From the UHGV virus genome UHGV-0060448: a stretch of DNA of 38,897 bases; one strand, written 5' to 3'. Of the stretch, positions 1 to 7,001 are shown in pieces. The DNA is from a virus. The notes beneath the pieces are model-generated. The model searched no databases and was not told the DNA's origin. It was given only the letters and a program-made list of their open reading frames with translations. Numbering within the stretch: position 1 is the first letter of the stretch; every line of letters starts with the position of its first letter. Made by a program: the position numbers and the translations under genes.

Positions 1-53
1 AATAAGCAACTCCCTTCTCTTTCTCTAAAATACCCCTGATATTTCATATTTAA

Positions 54-1208
54 TCAATCGTCCAAATGTTCAATGGCATAATCCGCTTCTTCGGAAGTAA
101 ACTGTTCTCCGTACTCGGAAGTAAGCTGATCATGGATAGCGGAAGGAGACATATTCATGCTGTCACGGTAATTTTTTGCAGTCTCCAGAGCGTTTTCATT
201 CCAATCGGCATCTAAGTTTTCTACTGCATAGTCTGCCTCTTCGGAGGTAAACTGTTCGCCGTATTCAGAAGTGAGCTGATCTCTGATTCCTTCTTTGGAC
301 ATGTGCATACTATCACTATAGTGTTTTGCAGTTTCCAGAGCGTTTTCATTCCAATCGGCATCTAAGTTTTCTATTGCATAGTTTGCGGCTTCTTCACTGA
401 ACTGTTCGCCGTATTCAGAAGTAAGCTGTTTGCGAATGCCTTCTTTAGACATATGCATGTGTTCACTGTAAGTTTCAGCACTTTTTAATGCAGATATGTA
501 TTCGGATGGAACCTGTGATTCCGTTTCTTTCACTTTGGTTTCGGCTGTAACTGGCTCAGTATCTTCTTCTATGTCATCATCAAGGTCTGAAAAATCTATG
601 TCATCGGATACATTTCCATAAGTAGAATATGTACTGTCTGGATCAGTTATTTTTACAGATTTTAAGATTCTGTTCAGGTACGTGTCATATTCATCTTCTA
701 CCTCAGAACTTAATGCGAATGTGAATGTGCCGCTTGTTCCATTGAAAACAATCGCTTTTGCAGGAAAACCTTGCACACTAAAAGTTAATTCGAGGGTGTC
801 CATTCCGTTTATACGGGTATTTTTAGAAGCGACTTTGCCATCATCTACAGAGCTGGCGATACCATCTTCAAACGCAGATACAATAACTTCATTAGAGAAA
901 TCTAAAACCCCTTCATTGTACATGACAAAGAACATTCCATCTCCGTTCCCGATGCCATTTTTGTAGAAATAAGCCATATCATCTGAATTGTCAGTGGCTT
1001 CTTCCCAAGAGGCAGGTACTTCGTAAGTGACTCCATAAGCATTTGAAACTGATGTATAATCTTCTTTAGAGTCAGAAGTAGAACTTGTTTCAGTTTCAGA
1101 GAAAGTTTCGGATACTTCGGTTGAAGGAGTACTTGGAGTGCCTGAACAAGCAGTGATACTACCAGCGACAGCGATTGCAAGTAAAACAGTAATAATTTTT
1201 TTCTTCAT
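54..1208 (-). CDS. ltp: Ltp-family surface lipoprotein (superinfection-exclusion type) with three C-terminal Ltp repeats and an extra central domain
   Basis: Signal peptide with lipobox ITAC (Cys21), Ser/Thr linker, repeats 'AL..A..Y...M.MS...I..QLTSEYGEQF..EEA.YA.ENL'; lies in the lysogeny module. Confidence 0.85.
   Translation of the reverse strand: MKKKIITVLLAIAVAGSITACSGTPSTPSTEVSETFSETETSSTSDSKEDYTSVSNAYGVTYEVPASWEEATDNSDDMAYFYKNGIGNGDGMFFVMYNEGVLDFSNEVIVSAFEDGIASSVDDGKVASKNTRINGMDTLELTFSVQGFPAKAIVFNGTSGTFTFALSSEVEDEYDTYLNRILKSVKITDPDSTYSTYGNVSDDIDFSDLDDDIEEDTEPVTAETKVKETESQVPSEYISALKSAETYSEHMHMSKEGIRKQLTSEYGEQFSEEAANYAIENLDADWNENALETAKHYSDSMHMSKEGIRDQLTSEYGEQFTSEEADYAVENLDADWNENALETAKNYRDSMNMSPSAIHDQLTSEYGEQFTSEEADYAIEHLDD
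60..490 (-). repeat. Three tandem 150-bp (50-aa) Ltp repeats
   Basis: ccagagcgttttcattccaatcggcatctaagttttct occurs at 185 and 335; the protein repeat is visible three times. Confidence 0.9.
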
Positions 1209-1335
1209 ATTTCATTTTCTCCCTTTAGTTGTTCATTTCAAAGGCATGTGCCTAAGATTTTATAAGTTTACAAATCCCTCCTAATAAAATAAAATTCCTT
1301 TGCATATTGTTCGTGAAAGCTGGAACAATAGCAGT

Positions 1336-1533
1336 ATGAAAATACTATTATATGATTACATCATCAAACACGACATGACATTTCGCCAGGTAGCCGAACT
1401 TACCGGCATTCCACGTTCTACTGTCAGCGACATCGCAAACGGCAAGACATCACCCACCATGAACCAGATGGAACAGCTGGCAGCGGGACTGCAAATTACT
1501 ATTTCAGACCTATTTGAGTCTGATTATAAGTAA
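1336..1533 (+). CDS. Small XRE-family HTH regulator, possibly leaderless
   Basis: HTH 'TFRQVAELTGIPRSTVSDIANGKTSPT'; ATG at 1336 has no SD, with TTGCAT (1300) and AACAAT (1324) just upstream. Confidence 0.85.
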   Translation: MKILLYDYIIKHDMTFRQVAELTGIPRSTVSDIANGKTSPTMNQMEQLAAGLQITISDLFESDYK

Positions 1534-1545
1534 TCTCATCTGAGC

Positions 1546-1563
1546 TGTCCGGGATTTCGGACA
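1546..1563. promoter_or_regulatory. Inverted repeat TGTCCG-N6-CGGACA, candidate XRE operator
   Basis: Perfect 6-bp arms directly downstream of the XRE gene and upstream of the small ORF at 1662. Confidence 0.45.
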
Positions 1564-1661
1564 ATTTCGAAAATTGCATCACTTTTTTTCTCCTGAAACG
1601 TTTACTAAGGTGAATGGAAAAATTTACCATATCACACATCACGCATCAGGAGGTACATAAG

Positions 1662-1772
1662 ATGGATTACAAAAAAGGTATAATGGAACAGATTGAACAA
1701 ATAAAAAGTAAACAAGTATTAAAATTCTTGTATGAACTTATTATAGCGTTCAAAGAAAATTGGGGCTGTTAA
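1662..1772 (+). CDS. 36-aa peptide MDYKKGIMEQIEQIKSKQVLKFLYELIIAFKENWGC (not in ORF track)
   Basis: Strong SD AGGAGG upstream of ATG 1662; the TAA overlaps the cI stop codon convergently. Confidence 0.7.
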   Translation: MDYKKGIMEQIEQIKSKQVLKFLYELIIAFKENWGC

Positions 1773-2122
1773 AGCCCTTTTTCTTTTTGAGCTAAAAAGT
1801 CAATCATATCATATACACTTTTTCGGTTGTCACTATTTAAATCCATCAATAGCTTCACATGATCAATAAGGCATTTGTCCATTAATATTTTTGTAACTAA
1901 ATCAGCACTATTGTTTAGATTCTCTTCATACCCCATGAGATAAGCCGGTGTGGTTTCAAGTGCCTGAGCGATTGGTTCTAATATTGTTGTCGGCAAATTT
2001 TCAATATCACCATTTTCATAACGATATACAGTTGCTCTGTTTTTGCCAAGTTTAAGAGCTAGCTCATCAACACTCATACCAGCTTCTAATCTTTTTTGTC
2101 TGATTCGTTCTCCTATTGTAAT
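1769..2122 (-). CDS. cI: CI-like XRE repressor, ~117 aa, no S24 autoprotease domain; probable ATT start
   Basis: 'TIGERIRQKRLEAGMSVDELALKLGKNRATVYRYENG' HTH; divergent from cro; SD AAGGAGGTG lies 6 nt before ATT at 2122. Confidence 0.85.
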   Translation of the reverse strand: MTIGERIRQKRLEAGMSVDELALKLGKNRATVYRYENGDIENLPTTILEPIAQALETTPAYLMGYEENLNNSADLVTKILMDKCLIDHVKLLMDLNSDNRKSVYDMIDFLAQKEKGL

Positions 2123-2207
2123 AATAACCACCTCCTTTGGAGATGAAAATATAATAGCATATGATTCGCAAATATGCAACAAAATAATATGAAAAAAAAT
2201 ACAAAAA

Positions 2208-2222
2208 TCGCATGTAATGCGA
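2208..2222. promoter_or_regulatory. Operator O1 TCGCATGTAATGCGA
   Basis: 15-bp palindrome TCGCAT-N3-ATGCGA present three times around cI/cro. Confidence 0.85.
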
Positions 2223-2230
2223 ATAATGTA

Positions 2231-2259
2231 TTGACACACTTGAAAAAGAATGCTATTAT
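2231..2259 (+). promoter_or_regulatory. Lytic (cro) sigma-A promoter TTGACA-N17-TATTAT with extended -10 TG
   Basis: Perfect -35 and 17-bp spacer; flanked by operators O1 and O2. Confidence 0.85.
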
Positions 2260-2267
2260 TTCATTAG

Positions 2268-2282
2268 TCGCATATAATGCGA
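2268..2282. promoter_or_regulatory. Operator O2 TCGCATATAATGCGA
   Basis: Same palindrome, just downstream of the cro -10 box. Confidence 0.85.
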
Positions 2283-2306
2283 ATACATAAAGAAAGGAGG
2301 AGTTGG

Positions 2307-2525
2307 ATGGTCAATATTCAAAAACTTAAGGGGAAAATGGTAGAAAATGGCGTTAGTGTTGAAAAAATGGCTGAGATTATAGGCGTTAATAGATCGACAA
2401 TGTACAGAAAACTTGATCCAAACGGTAAAAATATCTCAATAAAAGAAGCGACGATAATGGCGAAAGAATTAAAAATGTCATTTTCAGAGGTAAATGAAAT
2501 TTTTTTTAATTCGGAAGTCGCATAA
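2307..2525 (+). CDS. cro: Cro-like HTH regulator, 72 aa
   Basis: SD AGGAGG before ATG 2307; 'KLKGKMVENGVSVEKMAEIIGVNRSTMYRKL...EIFF' is a typical Cro pattern. Confidence 0.85.
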   Translation: MVNIQKLKGKMVENGVSVEKMAEIIGVNRSTMYRKLDPNGKNISIKEATIMAKELKMSFSEVNEIFFNSEVA

Positions 2526-2532
2526 AATGCGA
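2518..2532. promoter_or_regulatory. Operator O3 TCGCATAAAATGCGA overlapping the cro stop
   Basis: Third copy of the palindrome. Confidence 0.8.
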
Positions 2533-2565
2533 AAAACAATAACAAAGCAGGGTAGGAGGTGAAAG

Positions 2566-2937
2566 ATGATTCGAAAAAGAAAATCAGAAAAAGAATTGCT
2601 GTTAAAGAAACTCATCAGAAGTGCTCCGTATGATCTGGAAAGATCTGGTGTATTAAAATACATGACATTATCTCAACTGAGAATAGTAGACCGGATGCTT
2701 GAAGAGGTTCAGAAGAAGAGCACATACATGATGAAATGCAAAAACTGTCAAAAGTTAAACGCCGGAATGGTGATGTACAACGGATTCGAATGGAAGTATG
2801 AAGAAGATGGACATTTACCGTTTCATATGGGATTTGACCGTGAGACAGAGACAATACTTGTTCCGGAAGAAATGCTGATGTATTTCATACAGCTTGCGAA
2901 TCCAGGACAGCCAAAGCATCGGATTCAACTGTTCTGA
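2566..2937 (+). CDS. Hypothetical early protein
   Basis: SD AGGAGGTG; 123-aa ORF in the early operon. Confidence 0.75.
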   Translation: MIRKRKSEKELLLKKLIRSAPYDLERSGVLKYMTLSQLRIVDRMLEEVQKKSTYMMKCKNCQKLNAGMVMYNGFEWKYEEDGHLPFHMGFDRETETILVPEEMLMYFIQLANPGQPKHRIQLF

Positions 2938-2940
2938 CGC

Positions 2941-2970
2941 AAAAACACCCATGAAAAACATCCATGGGTG
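2941..2970 (-). terminator. Intrinsic terminator for the minus-strand gene 2981-3307
   Basis: Stem CACCCATG/CATGGGTG followed by a T-run on the minus strand. Confidence 0.65.
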
Positions 2971-2980
2971 CGGCACAAAG

Positions 2981-3307
2981 TCAAGGAATAAAGTTGATCA
3001 GAAAATTTACAACTTCTTTTAAACCATTTGAAAAACGGTTTTCCATATAAACAATAGTTTTATCCGTAATGGTTATGAAGAAAACAGTATTGTCATAATA
3101 TTTGCAGGTTATGTACCCGTGTTGACGAAGGGCACTGCAAATAGAACGTATTTCATCAAGGTTATACGCTGGAAAGATATGCTCTTGAATATAAGCAGCA
3201 TCGGGAAGAATCTTTGCTTTTTCATTTGCCATAGTTGCTTTCCTATCGAGATATTCTTTATACAGTGCAACGATGAAACGTTGTTGTTCCTTGGTGAGAT
3301 CATCCAT
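2981..3307 (-). CDS. Stand-alone reverse-oriented accessory (moron) protein, 108 aa, possibly winged-helix
   Basis: SD AAGGAG before ATG 3307; own promoter and terminator; AT-rich. Confidence 0.75.
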   Translation of the reverse strand: MDDLTKEQQRFIVALYKEYLDRKATMANEKAKILPDAAYIQEHIFPAYNLDEIRSICSALRQHGYITCKYYDNTVFFITITDKTIVYMENRFSNGLKEVVNFLINFIP

Positions 3308-3358
3308 ATATTTGACTCCTTTCTTAAGTACTCGGCTGTTGCAGCAGCCTGTAGAACA

Positions 3359-3387
3359 AGAATAAGAGGAAAGAGCAATAAAGTCAA
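3359..3387 (-). promoter_or_regulatory. Promoter TTGACT-N17-TATTCT for the moron gene
   Basis: -35 at 3387-3382 and -10 at 3364-3359 on the minus strand. Confidence 0.65.
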
Positions 3388-3427
3388 TGGCAGGAAAACA
3401 GAACGCGGGAAGAGGGGGTGAGAGAGT

Positions 3428-3574
3428 TTGGAGAAACGACAAAGAATTGAAGAAGCTTTAAAAGAGATTGGAATCCATAGCATCAAAGATTTGAACGAAG
3501 CCATTAAAAAGGAAAAGCCGCTTGATCTTGGAATTATGACAGGAGATGCGGAAGCAGTGAGAAAGGCAGGATAA
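3428..3574 (+). CDS. 48-aa hypothetical protein MEKRQRIEEALKEIGIHSIKDLNEAIKKEKPLDLGIMTG... (not in ORF track)
   Basis: SD GAGGGGGTG, TTG start, stop 2 nt before the next ATG. Confidence 0.65.
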   Translation: MEKRQRIEEALKEIGIHSIKDLNEAIKKEKPLDLGIMTGDAEAVRKAG

Positions 3575-3576
3575 GG

Positions 3577-3780
3577 ATGAAGAGAAGAGAGTTATATAGC
3601 CTGATCGGGAGCGTGATCGCCCCGATCGTGGCGGCAGGAGCAGCAGCATTCACATTCTGGTGGCTGACAATGTACAGTGTGCTGTGTGAAAGGGACGTAG
3701 CCGGAACGGTCATTACTGTATGGTGTGCGGTAGTAATCCGCATCATGTTGTGGGCGGAAAAGAAAGGAGAAAAGGAATGA
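3577..3780 (+). CDS. Small membrane protein with two hydrophobic segments
   Basis: Hydrophobic stretches; ATGA coupling to the next gene. Confidence 0.65.
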   Translation: MKRRELYSLIGSVIAPIVAAGAAAFTFWWLTMYSVLCERDVAGTVITVWCAVVIRIMLWAEKKGEKE

Positions 3781-3965
3781 TCGGAGTAAGCGAAGAACGC
3801 GACCCGGCGGGCATTAAGCTGATGAGACGAGCCGGTCTGAATCCGGATCAGTACATAGCAGTGAAGAACAATACAGAAGAACTGGTGGCTATGAACATCA
3901 AAACCAGCGAAACAGTAAGAATTGAAAAAGCCCCGGTGCTGGCAGGCAATCCGGGACTTGAATAA
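3777..3965 (+). CDS. Small hypothetical phage protein, 62 aa
   Basis: SD AAGGAG and ATGA overlap with the previous stop; 'LMRRAGLNPDQYIAVKN' resembles a common small early protein of Firmicutes phages. Confidence 0.65.
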   Translation: MIGVSEERDPAGIKLMRRAGLNPDQYIAVKNNTEELVAMNIKTSETVRIEKAPVLAGNPGLE

Positions 3966-4006
3966 AAAAGCAAGCTTAGTATAGAGCATATGAGAGGAAA
4001 AAGCAA

Positions 4007-4675
4007 GTGAACCATAAACAAGAAATCGTAAATACACTCCAGAGAATGTCCGGAAAATACTCAACGTATGAGATCTTCTCCGACTGGATCAAGTGCTGTG
4101 CCCTGGCGATCAGCAACCAGAGCGACCTTTTCCGGGATAATGAGATATGGGAAAGCCGAGAGCAGGAGTATCTTGCGACCATTCGGAAATACCTGCCGGA
4201 AGAAGCACAGGAGTTTACCCGGATGCTTGCGGAACTGGCTTTTGCCCTGGAGGACGAAATAACAGACGTCCTGGGCGAAGTGTACATGGAAGCCGATATG
4301 GGAAGTAAGTCCACCGGGCAGTTTTTCACACCGTACCATTTGTCGAAGATGACTGCCGGGGTTACGATCCCGGCAGACGTTTCGCCGGCGAAACCATTGA
4401 TACTGAATGAACCAAGTACGGGAGGTGGCGGCATGATCATTGCCGCCGCTGAAATATTGAGAAAAAGAGGGCTGAACCACCAGAGGTGCATGGAAGTGGT
4501 TGCACAGGATCTGGACTGGAAGGGGGTATACATGACCTACCTGCAGCTGTCCCTTTTGGGGATCAAGGCGATTGTGGTACAGGGCAATACCCTGTCAGAG
4601 CCATTTACAGACCTGAGGAGCTACCCGAAAGAACGGGTGCTGCTCACGCCTGCACAAAAAGGAATGTTGATTTGA
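4007..4675 (+). CDS. HsdM/N6-adenine methylase-like protein, truncated before the catalytic NPPY/F motif
   Basis: 'DVLGEVY...GQFFTP' and SAM-binding 'EPSTGGGGM...AQDLD'; ends shortly after 'QGNTL'. Confidence 0.8.
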   Translation: MNHKQEIVNTLQRMSGKYSTYEIFSDWIKCCALAISNQSDLFRDNEIWESREQEYLATIRKYLPEEAQEFTRMLAELAFALEDEITDVLGEVYMEADMGSKSTGQFFTPYHLSKMTAGVTIPADVSPAKPLILNEPSTGGGGMIIAAAEILRKRGLNHQRCMEVVAQDLDWKGVYMTYLQLSLLGIKAIVVQGNTLSEPFTDLRSYPKERVLLTPAQKGMLI

Positions 4676-4693
4676 AAGGAAGAAGCAAGAAAG

Positions 4694-5746
4694 ATGGAAG
4701 GACAGCAGCCAGATGCACGTCAGAGCCTGTATGAAAGTATACTTCTGGTCCTGATGAACGAAGAGGTAGATATCAGCCGCGTTAAGAATGGGATCTATGT
4801 GGCACTGAATGGGTATGAAGTCCAGGAACGAACAACAGAGATTGCGTTGATTTCACAGGAGAGAAATGAGTATCTGCTTAAAAAGTTTATGATTGCAAAG
4901 ACGGTCAAAGGATGCACACCAAGAACTCTGAGGTATTATCGTGACACTTTGAAATTTGTGTTCGATTACATAGGAAAAACGGTAGATGACATTACCTCGG
5001 ATGACATCCGGATGTACAGCATTATCCGGATGAAAAAAGATGGAGTGACTGAAGTAACAGCAGATAATGAACTCCGTGTACTGAGGAGTTTTTACGGGTA
5101 TCTTCAGCGGGAAGAGATCCTGACAAGCAACCCGATGCTGAAGATTGAATGTATCCGGGCACAGCGGGTGAAAAAGACGGCATTTACCGAAATGGAGATT
5201 GAAAAACTCAGAATCCAGGCGATGGAAACAGGAGCGAGAGAAAGCATGATTGTTGAAACACTGTTAAGTACTGGAATGAGGGTCGCAGAACTGGCACAGG
5301 TCAGACTGTGCGAGATTGAAGGAAACCGTGTGCTGACCCATGGAAAAGGGAAAAAGGACCGTTACACCTATCTGAACGCAAAGGCAGAGCTTGCGATGGA
5401 CAGGTACCTGAAAACCAGAAACGATGATAACCCATACCTGATCCCAGGACGGATCATGCAGAGAGGTGATAAAGAACTGGAAAGACCGGCAGCGTTTAAC
5501 TGTCATGGACATATCGAACGTCACCAAATAGAAGAGACACTGAAAGGAATTGCACAGGCAGCAGGCGTTGCCGAAGGGAACCCACATAAATACAGACGTA
5601 CCTGTGCAACGATGGCACTCCGCAGAGGGATGCCGGTTGAACAGGTGTCGAAGATGCTGGGGCATGAACAGCTCACGACTACACAAATCTATCTGGATAT
5701 AGACGAGGAAAACATGAAAGCGGCACACCGGAAATATGTGGTTTAG
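4694..5746 (+). CDS. Tyrosine recombinase (XerC/D-like), copy A
   Basis: STGMRVAE, GKGKK, PHKYRR, LGH, TTQIY: full catalytic set; N-terminal core-binding (SAM-like) domain. Confidence 0.92.
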   Translation: MEGQQPDARQSLYESILLVLMNEEVDISRVKNGIYVALNGYEVQERTTEIALISQERNEYLLKKFMIAKTVKGCTPRTLRYYRDTLKFVFDYIGKTVDDITSDDIRMYSIIRMKKDGVTEVTADNELRVLRSFYGYLQREEILTSNPMLKIECIRAQRVKKTAFTEMEIEKLRIQAMETGARESMIVETLLSTGMRVAELAQVRLCEIEGNRVLTHGKGKKDRYTYLNAKAELAMDRYLKTRNDDNPYLIPGRIMQRGDKELERPAAFNCHGHIERHQIEETLKGIAQAAGVAEGNPHKYRRTCATMALRRGMPVEQVSKMLGHEQLTTTQIYLDIDEENMKAAHRKYVV

Positions 5747-5784
5747 AAAACAAAAGGGTGCTGACCTGAAGGGGGCGAAGAGAA

Positions 5785-6837
5785 ATGGAAGGACAACAGC
5801 CAGACGCACGCCAGAGTCTGTATGAAAACCTGCTCATGGTGCTGATGAACAAAGAAATGGATATCGGATGTGTCAAGGATGGCATCTATGCGGTAATAAG
5901 CAAATACGAGATCCAGGAACGCACAACAGAGATTGCGTTGATTTCACAGGAGAGAAATGAACAGCTGATGAAACGCTTCCTGCTTGCAAAAACCGTCAAG
6001 GGGTGTACGCCGCAGACATTGGAATATTACAGGAGTGCATTGAAGTTTGTATTTGATTACATAGGAAAGACGGTGGATGATATCATTTCAGATGATATCC
6101 GGATCTACAGTGTCATGAGGATGAGAAGGGATGGGATAACGGCAGTGACTGCTGACAATGAGCTTCGGATTCTGCGGAGCTTTTATGGATACCTTCAACA
6201 GGAAGAAATCCTCCTCAAAAACCCGATGACGAAAATTGAGCGGATCAAAGCACCAAAAGTGAAAAAAGAAGCATTTACAGACATGGAAATTGAAAAGATA
6301 AGACTCCAGGCAATAGAGACAGGACCGAGGGAAACTATGATTGTGGAAACGCTGCTGAGCACTGGAGCGAGGGTTGCGGAACTGGCACAGGTAAAGCTGT
6401 GCAACATCGAAGGGAAACGTATGCTTGTGCACGGAAAAGGGCAGAAAGACCGTTATGTATACCTGAATGCAAAGGCAGAGCTTGCAATGGGCAGGTATTT
6501 AAAGACCAGAAATGATGATAACCCCTACCTGATACCGGGATGTGTGATGGAAAAAGGGGAACAAAAGATTGGAAGACCGGCAGAACGTAACCGATATGGA
6601 CACATCGGAAAAGGCGGCATTGAAACGATTGTACGAGATATTGCAGAGGGAGCAGGTGTTACAAAAGGGAACCCGCACAAGTACCGCCGCACCTGTGCGA
6701 CAATGGCACTCCGCAGAGGAATGCCGATTGAACAGGTATCAAAGATGCTGGGGCATGAGAGCATTGAAACCACACAGATCTATCTTGACCTTAGTGAGGA
6801 AGACCTGAAAACGGCACACAGAAGATATGTGGTATAG
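5785..6837 (+). CDS. Tyrosine recombinase (XerC/D-like), copy B, tandem paralogue of A
   Basis: STGARVAE, GKGQK, PHKYRR, LGH, TTQIY; same length (350 aa) and colinear with A. Confidence 0.92.
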   Translation: MEGQQPDARQSLYENLLMVLMNKEMDIGCVKDGIYAVISKYEIQERTTEIALISQERNEQLMKRFLLAKTVKGCTPQTLEYYRSALKFVFDYIGKTVDDIISDDIRIYSVMRMRRDGITAVTADNELRILRSFYGYLQQEEILLKNPMTKIERIKAPKVKKEAFTDMEIEKIRLQAIETGPRETMIVETLLSTGARVAELAQVKLCNIEGKRMLVHGKGQKDRYVYLNAKAELAMGRYLKTRNDDNPYLIPGCVMEKGEQKIGRPAERNRYGHIGKGGIETIVRDIAEGAGVTKGNPHKYRRTCATMALRRGMPIEQVSKMLGHESIETTQIYLDLSEEDLKTAHRRYVV

Positions 6838-6840
6838 AAG

Positions 6841-6871
6841 CAAAAGGGCATTGCCATGACAGCAATGCCCT
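6841..6871 (-). terminator. Intrinsic terminator hairpin AGGGCATTGC-N7-GCAATGCCCT
   Basis: Perfect 10-bp stem at 6845-6871; T-run only on the minus strand. Confidence 0.7.
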
Positions 6872-6897
6872 CCGCGAATATGCAATATTCCTCAACC
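6841..6897 (-). ncRNA. Candidate ~57-nt counter-transcribed small RNA upstream of rep
   Basis: Minus-strand promoter at 6904-6932, small GAATAT/ATATTC hairpin, then 10-bp stem AGGGCATTGC/GCAATGCCCT with a T-run. Confidence 0.55.
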
Positions 6898-6903
6898 GGT
6901 TAT

Positions 6904-6932
6904 ATTGTATCATTTCGCCGGCGAAAATTCAA
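6904..6932 (-). promoter_or_regulatory. Antisense promoter TTGAAT-N17-TACAAT (extended -10) with palindrome TTTCGCCGGCGAAA in the spacer
   Basis: -35 at 6932-6927, -10 at 6909-6904, palindrome at 6913-6926. Confidence 0.65.
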
Positions 6933-6975
6933 GCGGCAAAAGCAGCGGCAGGGCCGCTTTTCAACTTGATTTAGA
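6931..6975 (+). other. Candidate double-strand origin: GC hairpin AGCGGC/GCCGCT followed by CAACTTGAT
   Basis: CAACTTGAT (6962-6970) equals the first 9 nt of the phiX174 gpA origin (CAACTTG^AT); lies 31 nt upstream of the HUH gene. Confidence 0.45.
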
Positions 6976-7001
6976 CAATTAAAGATAGGAAAACCAGAGG
7001 G

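Noticed and set aside
60..490. CRISPR-like spaced repeats
   Set aside because: The repeats are in-frame 150-bp protein-domain repeats whose intervening sequences are also similar
2166..2179. Fourth cI operator TCGCAAATATGCAA
   Set aside because: One base shorter than the consensus with an imperfect arm; possibly a weak site but not supportable
4694..6837. The recombinases as the prophage integrase or as a RIT element
   Set aside because: They are mid-genome in the early operon with no att-like boundary seen; RIT elements have three dissimilar recombinases with terminal inverted repeats
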